The notes: a model not told the origin generated them from the letters alone. Positions 48,092 through 57,698 are shown, counted from the first letter of the stretch. The stretch is DNA of 64,000 bases from Flavobacteriaceae bacterium (GCA_018699935.1 JABISF010000009.1:8819-72818), one strand, 5' to 3'. Numbers and translations are program-made.

Positions 48092-49027
48092 ATGATGCCC
48101 AAAAAAATTGTCCTACTGCTTGCACTCTTCTACCTCGCCTGTGAAAAAGGAGAAGATATTACTCTAGCTACCAGTCTCCTTGAAAGCCGTTTAGGGGTCA
48201 ATGCTTCAGCGGATCCCTTGGAGGGAAATGCACTTTTTTTTCAGGATGTGCGCTATGGAAATGGGGAACGCAATACGCTAGATATTTTATTGCCTGATGC
48301 CGCTGTGTTGCAAGGAGTGGTCCTCTTTTTTCATGGTGGAGGTTTTGTCTCTGGCGACAAAGCAGATGCCTTTAGTGATTTGTTAAAAAGCACCATGCAA
48401 CAACTGTTGGATAATAATATTGGAATCGTTAGTGCCAACTATAGCTTCATCAATACATCCGATAATTCGGGCGTACTTTCGTCCTTGGAAGACGGCACCG
48501 CTGCTCTTGATTTTATTCGTTCCCATTTGGAGGTGCTTCAGATTCCAAGAGATAAAATTATTCTCGCTGGAGTTTCGGCTGGGGCAGGAATTGCCCAATG
48601 GAATGGTTTTCGCGAAGCAAGCAACCAACAAGTACAAGGAATTTTGGCGTTGGCAGCGCAAAGTACCTACAATCTCTATGAATGGGAGCAGGTTTTCCCG
48701 GAATTAAATTTGGACGATGTACGTAACAGCAATGCTGAATTAGACGAGCTTTTCATTCAATTTTACAAAGGGGAACCCTCGCAAAGCGATTTGGAGGCAT
48801 TGGATTATCGCACATTTATGGATGCCAACGATCCTCCCGTATATGTTTTTAATCAGGCGGACGATGCCGTGTTTAATGCACAGGGGGAACTCGATTTTGA
48901 TGTGCTATACCACAGTTTTAGACATGGCGATTATATTCGTTCCAAAGCCATCGAGGTTGGACTGCCTTTCTCGGGCATCTATGCCGAAAGCCCCGATGGA
49001 TTTGTCCTTAGAGTTTTAAACCTTTAA
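48092..49027 (+). CDS. Alpha/beta-hydrolase esterase lipoprotein
   Basis: 311 aa with lipobox FYLACE, oxyanion HGGGF and nucleophile elbow GVSAG. Confidence 0.8.
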   Translation: MMPKKIVLLLALFYLACEKGEDITLATSLLESRLGVNASADPLEGNALFFQDVRYGNGERNTLDILLPDAAVLQGVVLFFHGGGFVSGDKADAFSDLLKSTMQQLLDNNIGIVSANYSFINTSDNSGVLSSLEDGTAALDFIRSHLEVLQIPRDKIILAGVSAGAGIAQWNGFREASNQQVQGILALAAQSTYNLYEWEQVFPELNLDDVRNSNAELDELFIQFYKGEPSQSDLEALDYRTFMDANDPPVYVFNQADDAVFNAQGELDFDVLYHSFRHGDYIRSKAIEVGLPFSGIYAESPDGFVLRVLNL

Positions 49028-49041
49028 TAGATTCCTAATCC

Positions 49042-50070
49042 CTATTGATCTTTTTCTGCAATAAAGACGTAAACCGGGAAATGATCCGAATATCCTTCCA
49101 ACGTATTTCCCCTAATTTTCATTCGAAAGGGATACCCTTGGTATTTTCCTGTTGGGGTTTTTAAAAACTCTGGATTGTATACTGCGGCTTTTACAAAAAA
49201 TAAATCCTCCGATTGCTTCCACGAGGAAGACAACAGGATTTGATCAAAAAGATGCCATTGATCGTTGTACGCCAAACTTCCGACCCCTTTTTTAAATAGG
49301 GGAAGCATGGGATTAAACAAAGCCTCTTCAGCGGTCAACGCTTTATTATTGGGATTCACCAAATTTTTTAAGCTCTTGTTAGTAGGATTATCGTTATAAT
49401 CACCCATGCTGATAATCTTGGGTGGCGGGTCTAATTGGAGCAGGGAATCGATGATTTTTCGCTGCAGTTGAGCTGCTTTGATTCGCAGGGGCTGGCTTTT
49501 CTTTTCACCTCCTCGGCGCGATGGCCAATGATTGACGAGAACGGCAAGATATTCCCCTTCAAAATAACCACTCACCACCAATTGATCTCTAGTTTTTGTG
49601 CGAAATTGGGTTTTTGGATTTACCAAACGGAGTGCATATCGTTTTTGGTTTTCCAACAAAAAATAATCCTTGCGATACAGCAGTGCAACATCAATTCCAC
49701 GGGAATCGGGAGATTCAAAATGGCTGATTGCATAGCCATAGGGTTGGAGTTGGGGATGTTGGAGCAAGGTGTTTAAAACTGTTCTATTTTCAATCTCACT
49801 AAGTCCGATCAATAAGGGTGGATTTTTTGTGGTGGTTTTGCCAATTCCTGCCATCACCGTTGCCAATTGATCAATTTTTTGTTGGAAAACTTCTTTCGTC
49901 CAATGATAGCTTCCTTTGGGGGTAAAATCTTCATCGAAGGTTGTTGGGTCGTCTTCCGTATCGAAGAGGTTCTCGACATTGTAAAAAGCGATGCTGTGCA
50001 GCTGATATTCCTGAGATTGGCATTGCACACAGCAAAGTATACTACTAAAAAGAAGTAGGATCTTTTTCAA
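49042..50070 (-). CDS. Secreted endonuclease/exonuclease/phosphatase (EEP) family protein (TTG start)
   Basis: 342 aa with a signal peptide. The EEP N-terminal motif is IAFYNVENLFD and the C-terminal motif is SDHFPV. Confidence 0.82.
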   Translation of the reverse strand: MKKILLLFSSILCCVQCQSQEYQLHSIAFYNVENLFDTEDDPTTFDEDFTPKGSYHWTKEVFQQKIDQLATVMAGIGKTTTKNPPLLIGLSEIENRTVLNTLLQHPQLQPYGYAISHFESPDSRGIDVALLYRKDYFLLENQKRYALRLVNPKTQFRTKTRDQLVVSGYFEGEYLAVLVNHWPSRRGGEKKSQPLRIKAAQLQRKIIDSLLQLDPPPKIISMGDYNDNPTNKSLKNLVNPNNKALTAEEALFNPMLPLFKKGVGSLAYNDQWHLFDQILLSSSWKQSEDLFFVKAAVYNPEFLKTPTGKYQGYPFRMKIRGNTLEGYSDHFPVYVFIAEKDQ

Positions 50071-50131
50071 AATTTGGATTTTTTATTCTGTAAAAGTATA
50101 TTTAATTTTATGATTACTCAAATCATTACTC

Positions 50132-52873
50132 ATGCGCTGTTGGATACTTTTGTGCCTGTTTTTGAGCATCCAATTTTTGTCAGCACAATGCCTACTCAAA
50201 GGCATCGTCGTTGACGAATCCAATTTTCCTTTGTTTCCTGTCAATATAGTGTGGGAATCCTCCCAACGAAAAACCACTACGGATAAAACAGGCTCGTTTC
50301 AACTGCAGATTCCCAAGGAAAAAGGCAATTTAATCCTCCAATATCAAGGAGATCGTGTTTCCATACCCATCCATTCCGGAGATCGTGATCAGATTGATTT
50401 GGGTCGATGGACATTCCGACCACAACCCATCCAAGAGGAGTCGACTCCGGTTTTTGATAGTGAGGATTTAGAAGCGCTCACAGATGCCCTCGATCGGAAT
50501 CAGTTGGGGAGTGTTTTGAATGCTCGAAAAAATCCTTTTTTAGAGGCGGTCGCTTATCAATTCAGTAGTAGTTTTTTTCGTTTGAGGGGCTTGAACAATT
50601 CCCATCACCAAGTCCGATTGAATGGGGTGGAAATGAATTCTTTTTACACCCGCCAACCCCAATGGGGACAGTGGGGAGGGCTGAATGATTTTACAAACGC
50701 CAGCCAACAATTTCATTTTGGAATTCAAGGCAATTCCATGGGGTTTGGTGGATTTTTGGGACTCACGAGCCTTTCTTTGCGACCCTCCGATTTGCGTCCA
50801 GGAGCAAAAGCTTCTCTGGCCTTTTCTAATGCGTCCTATCGATTTAGAAATATGTTTTCGTATGTAGTACAACCCGGGGAAAAAGGGTGGGGATATGCCA
50901 TTTTGGTTTCGCGAAGATGGGGAAAACAAGGTTATGTGGAAGGGACTTTATACGATGCCAATGCAATGACTTGCTCCGTTGAAAAGCAATGGAATCCCCA
51001 ACACAGCAGTGTGTTGACTGCTGTATATACCCCCCAACGCAGAGGGAAAAATGCGCCGATGACCCAAGAAGTTTTTGACCTAAAAGGACGCCAATACAAT
51101 CCCTATTGGGGATTTCAACAGGGCGTGTTGCGAAACAGTCGCGAATCGAAAATCGCAACCCCCATACTTCTTTTTAATCACTATTGGCAGGCCCATCAAA
51201 ATTTGACTTGGCAATGGAATACAAGCTATTCTTGGGGAAAAATAGCCAGTGGGCGGATGTTTTATAATGGACATCGTATAGTGGGGCAGAGTTTAGAAGG
51301 TGGCGGACAAAACCCCGACCCCATTTATTATCAATACTTACCCAGTTATGCCCTAAGAAACCCGCTGAAACCCGATTACACAGCCGCTTATTGGGCTAGA
51401 GCAGCCCTTGAACAGCAGGGGCAATGGCCGTGGGAGGATATTTATCAAAACAACCCCGAGGACGCCACCTATGCCTTGCAAGAGGATGTACAACAACAAT
51501 GGCAACTATCCCCTTCATTGCGGTGGTCTTCGGAAGTGAATTACAGTCGTGAAAAAAGCACTTTTTATGCCACCCCCACCGACCTTTTGGGCGCCACTCG
51601 AATTTGGGATTTGAACCCTTATGCAGCGACTTTTGAGCAAGCTCAAAACGACCTTTTAAATCCCAATCGAAGCCTTGGAGTAGGCGCTCATTTTTTATAT
51701 GATTACGAAATAAAAACGACAGCTTTGGAGATTTCCAACCGACTGAACTACTCCCAAAAAGGGTGGGATGCTTTTTTTGGAATGGCGCTAGACAAACGAG
51801 ACTATCAACGTTATGGAAATTTTCAAAACGGTAATTTTCCCAAGCATAGTTGGGGTCCAAGCGAAGTGCATAAATTTGTCGGAACAGCAGTAAAAACAGG
51901 GGTCAACTGTGCCCTTACGGGAAGGCATCAAGTTTTTATCAACGGGCGATGGGAGCTCCGACCACCCGCCTATAGAAATCTGTTTTTCAATCCAAGAGAA
52001 CATCAATTCATCGTTCCCAATCCGCATTTAGAGGCTTTGTGGCAAATCGATTTAGGCTATTTTTTTCAATCGCCGAAAACCTATTTTAAATCGGTTTTTT
52101 ACCATATTTCACAATCCAATTTGCAACATATTTCTTTCTATTTTGCCGATGGTGTTGGAGGGGATCAGGCCTTATTTGTCCAAGAAATTTTAACCGATGT
52201 TGCCCAACAACATTGGGGTGCTGAGGTGGCTTTTCAGCAGTATATTGTACCCGAGTTAAAGCTCACTGCGATTGCTGCTGTGGGAAAATTTGTGTATGCA
52301 AACGCACCCCAATTATTTTTAGCCACAGCACCCTCGGCCACTGCAGTGGAAGCAGGTTTTGATCAAGGAATCCGATATGTCGGTCGCACTCGACTCAAAG
52401 GATTGGCACTGCCCGGAGGGCCGCAGCAAGCCTTTTCCCTTTCCCTTGCCTATGAAGATCCCAATTATTGGCGTTTGTCGGTCTATGGAAATTATTTTTC
52501 CAATGCTTTCTTAGCCCCCAACCCCCTCACCCGATCCCCCAATTTTTATACCGACCAAGACGGTCAGATGGATCCGCAATACGATGCCGATCAAGCCAAG
52601 GAATGGCTGCGACAAGAGGCGTTTTCGCCCTATTTTTTATTGAATGCTACGGCAGGAAAATCTTGGCGTATAGGAAGCCATTACACAGGGTTCTTTCTAA
52701 GCGTTCAAAATTTGTTAAACACGTTTTATAAAACCGGAGGATACGAACAGGGTCGTAATGCCAACTATCGGAGTTTTGTAGAAGATCGCGCCCGTAGTTT
52801 TCCGCTCTTTTCACCTAAGTACTGGTGGGGACGCGGCACCACCTATTTCACCACATTTTATTATCGTTTTTAA
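50132..52873 (+). CDS. TonB-dependent outer-membrane receptor with N-terminal carboxypeptidase-regulatory-like domain
   Basis: 913 aa with a signal peptide, a CarbopepD_reg-like segment (GIVVDESNFPLFPVNIV...TDKTGSFQL), a plug-like segment (FRLRGLNNSHHQVRLNGVEMN) and a C-terminal aromatic residue (YYRF). Confidence 0.8.
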   Translation: MRCWILLCLFLSIQFLSAQCLLKGIVVDESNFPLFPVNIVWESSQRKTTTDKTGSFQLQIPKEKGNLILQYQGDRVSIPIHSGDRDQIDLGRWTFRPQPIQEESTPVFDSEDLEALTDALDRNQLGSVLNARKNPFLEAVAYQFSSSFFRLRGLNNSHHQVRLNGVEMNSFYTRQPQWGQWGGLNDFTNASQQFHFGIQGNSMGFGGFLGLTSLSLRPSDLRPGAKASLAFSNASYRFRNMFSYVVQPGEKGWGYAILVSRRWGKQGYVEGTLYDANAMTCSVEKQWNPQHSSVLTAVYTPQRRGKNAPMTQEVFDLKGRQYNPYWGFQQGVLRNSRESKIATPILLFNHYWQAHQNLTWQWNTSYSWGKIASGRMFYNGHRIVGQSLEGGGQNPDPIYYQYLPSYALRNPLKPDYTAAYWARAALEQQGQWPWEDIYQNNPEDATYALQEDVQQQWQLSPSLRWSSEVNYSREKSTFYATPTDLLGATRIWDLNPYAATFEQAQNDLLNPNRSLGVGAHFLYDYEIKTTALEISNRLNYSQKGWDAFFGMALDKRDYQRYGNFQNGNFPKHSWGPSEVHKFVGTAVKTGVNCALTGRHQVFINGRWELRPPAYRNLFFNPREHQFIVPNPHLEALWQIDLGYFFQSPKTYFKSVFYHISQSNLQHISFYFADGVGGDQALFVQEILTDVAQQHWGAEVAFQQYIVPELKLTAIAAVGKFVYANAPQLFLATAPSATAVEAGFDQGIRYVGRTRLKGLALPGGPQQAFSLSLAYEDPNYWRLSVYGNYFSNAFLAPNPLTRSPNFYTDQDGQMDPQYDADQAKEWLRQEAFSPYFLLNATAGKSWRIGSHYTGFFLSVQNLLNTFYKTGGYEQGRNANYRSFVEDRARSFPLFSPKYWWGRGTTYFTTFYYRF

Positions 52874-52875
52874 TC

Positions 52876-54198
52876 ATGAAAACACCAATTACTTTTTTGC
52901 TCCTCACAATTTTGAGTTGTGCACCTCCTCAAAACTTTGAAATTCCAGAACATCAACTTGAAGTTCCCCAACCGACCACCCAACTGCAAGCGATTGCTGA
53001 GCGTGTGGCACAAAGTCCTTCTGGTTTTGTCCATTTTGGTTTAGAGGAAGAAGATTTATGGGTAGCTGCCTATGTGAGCAGTAGCGATGCCGGAGGAAAT
53101 TTTTATAAGGAATTATACGTTCAAGATCAAGCCGAAAATCCGCAACCGGGGGTGCGTTTATTGTTGGATCAAACGAGTTTGTATACGGTCTATCCGCCGG
53201 GTCAGAAAGTCCTAATTCGCCTCAACGGTTTGGGTGCAGGAAAAGAACAGGGAATCTTATCGCTGGGTACCTATGAAGCCGATGGGGTGGGGGTTTTGCC
53301 CAAAGCGCAAATAGAACATCAGCTTTTTCGGACTGAGGAACAGCTTCCCATACTTCCAAAATCGATTCGTATGGGTGCAATCCACCCCAATCATATTGGC
53401 CTGTGGGTTGCCTTTGAACAGGTTCAATTTGCCCAAAGTGAGGTAGGAAAATCGTTTTCTGGCGAGGCCTTCGATGAATTTGAAGGCGAACGTCAACTCT
53501 TGGCGTGTTCGGATTATTATTCTCTTTTTTTGAGTAGCAGCACTTTTGCCAAATTTAAATCGCTGGAACTACCTAGTCTTTCCGGAAGGGTGCAGGGGAT
53601 ATTGACACGCGATTTTTACAACGACAAAAACATCCTCAAAATCAATAGTACTGCAGATATTGATTTTCAAGACAATCGTTGCGATCCTCCTTTTGGAGAA
53701 AGTTTTGAAACGGCTCCCTTGGGAAAATGGGAGGGAGCGGGTTGGTTCAATAGCATTGAAAAGGGGAGTGTCTATTGGCAAGTGATGGAAGATGAAAACA
53801 CCTTGGGGCAGTCCTTAACCATTGGCTCTTATCGATCGGGAGACTCAAGCTCGGTATGTTGGCTGATTCTTCCTCCATTTGATCTTTTGGGCTATAGTCA
53901 ACCCCAATTTCAATTTCGCAGTTCTTCTCAGTTTGGCGATAAAGCGGAGTTGGAGGTCTTATACAGTTCGGATTTTATGGGAGATTCACAGCGTTTGGAT
54001 AAAGCAACATGGAAACCACTAAACGCCACGATTGCCACCCCAGGAACCGATGATTTGCGATGGGTTGAGTCAGGAAGAATTTCATTGAAATCTTTGGGGC
54101 CAAAAATACATATCGCATTTCGTTACACGGGAAGCGGAAAGGCCGCCTCCGACGGCACATTTAAATTGGATGATTTTTACTTTTTTGATTTACAATAA
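52876..54198 (+). CDS. DUF5689-like / choice-of-anchor-J-like lipoprotein
   Basis: I place the start at MKTPITFLLLTILSC (ATG at 52876). The N-domain pattern is VAAYVSSSDAGGNFYKELYVQD...GQKVLIRLNGL, and the C-terminal part (GWFNSIEKGSVYWQV) resembles choice-of-anchor J. Confidence 0.6.
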   Translation: MKTPITFLLLTILSCAPPQNFEIPEHQLEVPQPTTQLQAIAERVAQSPSGFVHFGLEEEDLWVAAYVSSSDAGGNFYKELYVQDQAENPQPGVRLLLDQTSLYTVYPPGQKVLIRLNGLGAGKEQGILSLGTYEADGVGVLPKAQIEHQLFRTEEQLPILPKSIRMGAIHPNHIGLWVAFEQVQFAQSEVGKSFSGEAFDEFEGERQLLACSDYYSLFLSSSTFAKFKSLELPSLSGRVQGILTRDFYNDKNILKINSTADIDFQDNRCDPPFGESFETAPLGKWEGAGWFNSIEKGSVYWQVMEDENTLGQSLTIGSYRSGDSSSVCWLILPPFDLLGYSQPQFQFRSSSQFGDKAELEVLYSSDFMGDSQRLDKATWKPLNATIATPGTDDLRWVESGRISLKSLGPKIHIAFRYTGSGKAASDGTFKLDDFYFFDLQ

Positions 54199-54200
54199 AC

Positions 54201-55127
54201 CTATTTAACAGCAAAAAAGATGTCCGTAATCAAATCATTTGGTGCGGTATCCAGAGGGCTATTTCGATAAATTTCGAAGGCAGGAATTTTTTTATTGAGT
54301 TTAAAAACTTTCGCTCTTTGATACATAAGTTGTGCCGACCAAGCATTGCCCAAATGTTCATATGGACCTCTATGACGCACCACATGCGCTTTTAATTCTG
54401 GAATCACACCGGAAATAAACGGAGGCTCCAACGACTCAGGCAAACGATGCACCGGAAAAGCAGCGGTATAGCGGGCGTGATCTTTTACAGGATTAAAATC
54501 GTGGTAGATTGTAAATGAATCTCCTGCCTTTAAATCCGCATAATTTTCTTCGATATAAGCCATCAATGTTCCAAAATCTGTAGCCATTTTGGGGCCCAAC
54601 TCGCAGAGCCTGCACTGGGTTTCAATTCCAATATAGGGCATTTCAGGAAGGGACTCAAGGTTTCTAAACTCCAATTGAGAATGTACTTTTCCATCTTCGC
54701 ACAAGTTTTTTAAAAGTTTTAGCCCCCGTTCATAATCCATCCCTATAAAGATTTCCATCGATTTTTTCATCCAAAAAAGAAAGAAGGGTAGCTGACTGTC
54801 CATTTTCCAAGTCACTTCGGTGGTTCCCTTATCCTCTGTCAAATGAAAGGTAGTTTTCGCTTTTGATTTCCAAGGTTTAAAAAATTGGAGGTCACAAAGG
54901 AGGGCTTTGTTTTCTTGTTCCTCTTCAATGCGCATGGCGCCGCTTCCGGTGATTTTTCCCTCCCAAGAAAAATACTTCCCGTCTTGTTGAACTTCTACAT
55001 GGGTCTGGGGTTCAACGATCAACCAAGGGGACCATTTGGGCCAAAAATGAAAGTCGTTTATATATTTAAAAACAGCATCCGCTTTTTTGTGAATTTGTAT
55101 GGTTTTGATGATTTGGAATTTTGGCAT
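54201..55127 (-). CDS. SRPBCC-domain / GyrI-like small-molecule-binding fusion protein
   Basis: 308 aa. The N-terminal part (FKYINDFHFWPKWSPW) is SRPBCC-like. The C-terminal half looks like a GyrI/AraC-effector-binding domain (FEIYRNSPLDT). Confidence 0.65.
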   Translation of the reverse strand: MPKFQIIKTIQIHKKADAVFKYINDFHFWPKWSPWLIVEPQTHVEVQQDGKYFSWEGKITGSGAMRIEEEQENKALLCDLQFFKPWKSKAKTTFHLTEDKGTTEVTWKMDSQLPFFLFWMKKSMEIFIGMDYERGLKLLKNLCEDGKVHSQLEFRNLESLPEMPYIGIETQCRLCELGPKMATDFGTLMAYIEENYADLKAGDSFTIYHDFNPVKDHARYTAAFPVHRLPESLEPPFISGVIPELKAHVVRHRGPYEHLGNAWSAQLMYQRAKVFKLNKKIPAFEIYRNSPLDTAPNDLITDIFFAVK

Positions 55128-55154
55128 GCTAATAAAATTTGGGTTTTTTAAAAA

Positions 55155-55745
55155 TTAATCAAAAATTTTAGGAATGTAATTGTAGGTTAGTAAATCCAAT
55201 TCCCCTTCATAGTAGGATCGAATTTTTTTCCTATTTTCATTGAGCAAATCCATTTGAATGATGGTTACTTCTTGTCGATGGGAAACCGTCATTTTTCCGG
55301 AAAGCAAGGCTGTTCCTTCATAATCAAAATAACGTCCTTCCACTTTATTTTGATCAAAATCAGTGGTGTAAAAACCAACAGCAAGATCACGGACTGCATA
55401 AGGGGGTCGGAGGTTTACAAAATAGGTGCCGTCTTCCAATCGGTTTTCGGTATTGGAACAGGTGACCAGTCCCATCAGGGCACCAGCGCCTTTTAGAAGA
55501 AGATCTCCATTGGAATCTTGATCAAAACGAATGCCTTGGGTAATAAACACCACAACCAAAAAATGCCCTTCGTAGAGCGAAGTAGTAGGGTCGCGTCCGA
55601 AATCGGTGAGTCCAGCATCGGAAATGCTGTATCTCCCCCCATCGATTTCAAAATAATTATCAGGAGCGGAAATATTGCTGTTGTCAGAACAACGAAAGAA
55701 AAGGAAACTTAAAAAAAGGAGGACACCGTAGGTTCTTGTTTGCAC
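55155..55745 (-). CDS. Hypothetical lipoprotein (GTG start)
   Basis: 196 aa with a signal peptide and cysteine (LFFRCSD). I recognised no family. Confidence 0.5.
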   Translation of the reverse strand: MQTRTYGVLLFLSFLFFRCSDNSNISAPDNYFEIDGGRYSISDAGLTDFGRDPTTSLYEGHFLVVVFITQGIRFDQDSNGDLLLKGAGALMGLVTCSNTENRLEDGTYFVNLRPPYAVRDLAVGFYTTDFDQNKVEGRYFDYEGTALLSGKMTVSHRQEVTIIQMDLLNENRKKIRSYYEGELDLLTYNYIPKIFD

Positions 55746-55784
55746 TGAAATAAAGATTTGATCTTTAAAATTAAAAAATTTTAA

Positions 55785-56921
55785 TTAATTGTATTTAATT
55801 TTTCGCAGAATCCGTTGGGTGTCTTTGTAGGCTTGAAAATAATTTGTTCCATAAGCCTTTAAAATGGGTTTTGATCGTTCCAATTGGTCTAAGGCTTCGG
55901 GAATTTCATTTAAATAACAAAGCATACAATGGGAAGGCAATTGGAGTAAGTTTTCTTCCTCTCGAGCGTTGAGCTTCAGATTATTTTCAATTTTATCCAA
56001 TAGTTTTTGATGTGTAGTGAATAGGTGTTGCAAGTTTTTTTTGTCGAGTTGAGGAGGTTTGAAAAGTAGGTTGCTGTTAATTTGATAGGCTCCATTTTCT
56101 AAAAAAGTAATGGTGAGTGCTTCAAGGGGGAAAAAACGAAACTGCTCCGAGATTCCCAAACGCACGTATTCGGTAATGATAAATTCACTCTTTGTCCATG
56201 CAATTTCAACCTCGTCCAAAGTGGAATAAAAAAGTTTGACTTGTTCGTTAATCAATTCTATATCAACCCGAGAATAATAGATTCCGGATTTCACTTTTTT
56301 CTCTATTCCCGCCCAACACACCACAAAACTTTCTTTAAAAACCAAGTAATTGGCTTGTACCTCATCTTTGTGATTGCTCAGAAAATCCACCACCCCATCC
56401 AAGGTGAGTTGGATATTGTTTTGGGCATGCTTTTCGATATGCTGCACGGTGGTCGCATTGGAGGGATCTACCCTAAAATCTGCACTCGTGCGTTTTGAAA
56501 CGCTACCAATTCTCACAAAGCGATTTCCTTGCTTAAATTTCCAAATATTTTTGAGTAAAGAAGTGACTGCCGTGGTGGGTTTGATCGTGACCAATCCTAC
56601 AACTTTGCCTTTGGGAAGTTGCGGAAAAGGAATATTTTCATACAAAACATCGGGAGGGTTGATCAAATAGGCATTGATCAAATTTTGAATCTTGCTGTCA
56701 TCAAAAAAATCCACTCCAACGATTTTATTTTCCTGGTCTTCAACGCCAATAACCAAATAGGAATTATTGTGCGGATTGCTGTTGGATAAGGCACAAATAT
56801 GTTTTAAAAATTTAGCTTTTCCTTCTTTGTTGTCCAAAGTGATTTTTAGCTTTTTGTCATAAAAACTATTTTCGTTATTGTGCGCAAGAAGGGCTTTAAC
56901 AAGTAGGCGTTTGTTTATCAT
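55785..56921 (-). CDS. AlbA_2 (Schlafen-like) nucleic-acid-binding domain protein with uncharacterised C-terminal domain
   Basis: 378 aa. The N-terminal ENSFYDKKLKI...KFLKHICALSNSNPHNNSYLVIGVEDQENKIVGV fits the AlbA_2 pattern (E..E.K ... aAfaN..GG.l.iGv.D.g.i.G). About 230 C-terminal residues match no motif I recognise. Confidence 0.6.
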   Translation of the reverse strand: MINKRLLVKALLAHNNENSFYDKKLKITLDNKEGKAKFLKHICALSNSNPHNNSYLVIGVEDQENKIVGVDFFDDSKIQNLINAYLINPPDVLYENIPFPQLPKGKVVGLVTIKPTTAVTSLLKNIWKFKQGNRFVRIGSVSKRTSADFRVDPSNATTVQHIEKHAQNNIQLTLDGVVDFLSNHKDEVQANYLVFKESFVVCWAGIEKKVKSGIYYSRVDIELINEQVKLFYSTLDEVEIAWTKSEFIITEYVRLGISEQFRFFPLEALTITFLENGAYQINSNLLFKPPQLDKKNLQHLFTTHQKLLDKIENNLKLNAREEENLLQLPSHCMLCYLNEIPEALDQLERSKPILKAYGTNYFQAYKDTQRILRKIKYN

Positions 56922-57670
56922 TTTTTTCGGTGAACAACGGTGGCATTGGCTTGTTGAGTAGGCAGCAAAACAAGATCGGCAACATTGACATGAGCGGGGG
57001 TAGAAGCCATATAAAAAAGGGCGTCTGCAACATCTTCAGCCACCAAAGGAGTAACGCCTTCATACACGGCCTCTGCGCGACTTGTATCGCCTTTGAAGCG
57101 CACTTTGGAAAATTCCGTGTGCACCATGCCCGGATGAATGGTGCCCACTCGAATTCCAAAAGGGTTGAGGTCGATGCGCAGCCCTTGAGAAAAAGCATCT
57201 ACGGCAAATTTGCTGCTGCAATAGACACTGCCTTTGGGATAGACTTCTTTTCCGGCAATGGAACCCAAATTGATAATATGCCCGCTTTTTCGATCCACCA
57301 TTTGCGGAAGGACGGCTTTGGTGACATACATCAATCCTTTTACGTTGCTGTCTATCATCGCATCCCAATCGTCCAAGGAAGCCGTCTGCACGGGGTCGAA
57401 ACCATGCGCATTCCCGGCATTGTTGATCAAAAGGTCAATCGCTTGAAACGCCGGTGGAAGCCCTTCAATGGCTTTAAAAACGGCTGTTTTATCGGCGACA
57501 TCAAAGACCAAGACATGGACGGGAGTGGACAATGTTGCTGCAAACGCCTCCAGTATTTCTTTTCTACGACCACATAAAATCAATCGCGCACCTGCGTCAC
57601 TCATTTTTTGGGCGGTTGCACGTCCAATGCCGCTTGTTGCTCCCGTGATCAGTACCGTTTTATTTTCCAT
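56918..57670 (-). CDS. Short-chain dehydrogenase/reductase (YdfG-like, NADP-dependent)
   Basis: 250 aa with TGATSGIG, NNAG and the YCSSK catalytic motif. Confidence 0.9.
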   Translation of the reverse strand: MENKTVLITGATSGIGRATAQKMSDAGARLILCGRRKEILEAFAATLSTPVHVLVFDVADKTAVFKAIEGLPPAFQAIDLLINNAGNAHGFDPVQTASLDDWDAMIDSNVKGLMYVTKAVLPQMVDRKSGHIINLGSIAGKEVYPKGSVYCSSKFAVDAFSQGLRIDLNPFGIRVGTIHPGMVHTEFSKVRFKGDTSRAEAVYEGVTPLVAEDVADALFYMASTPAHVNVADLVLLPTQQANATVVHRKK

Positions 57671-57698
57671 TGTTTATAGTTTCGTTTTACGTTTATTT

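Noticed and set aside
56930-57577. A 215-aa plus-strand ORF. Similar long antisense ORFs occur at 16166-16702, 32639-33333, 34119-34628 and 2016-2441.
   Set aside because: Each lies entirely antisense to a confidently identified gene (SDR, polyprenyl synthase, yicC, TIM-barrel protein, polA). Their translations are low-complexity or Cys/Arg-rich with no recognisable motifs, which is typical of shadow ORFs.
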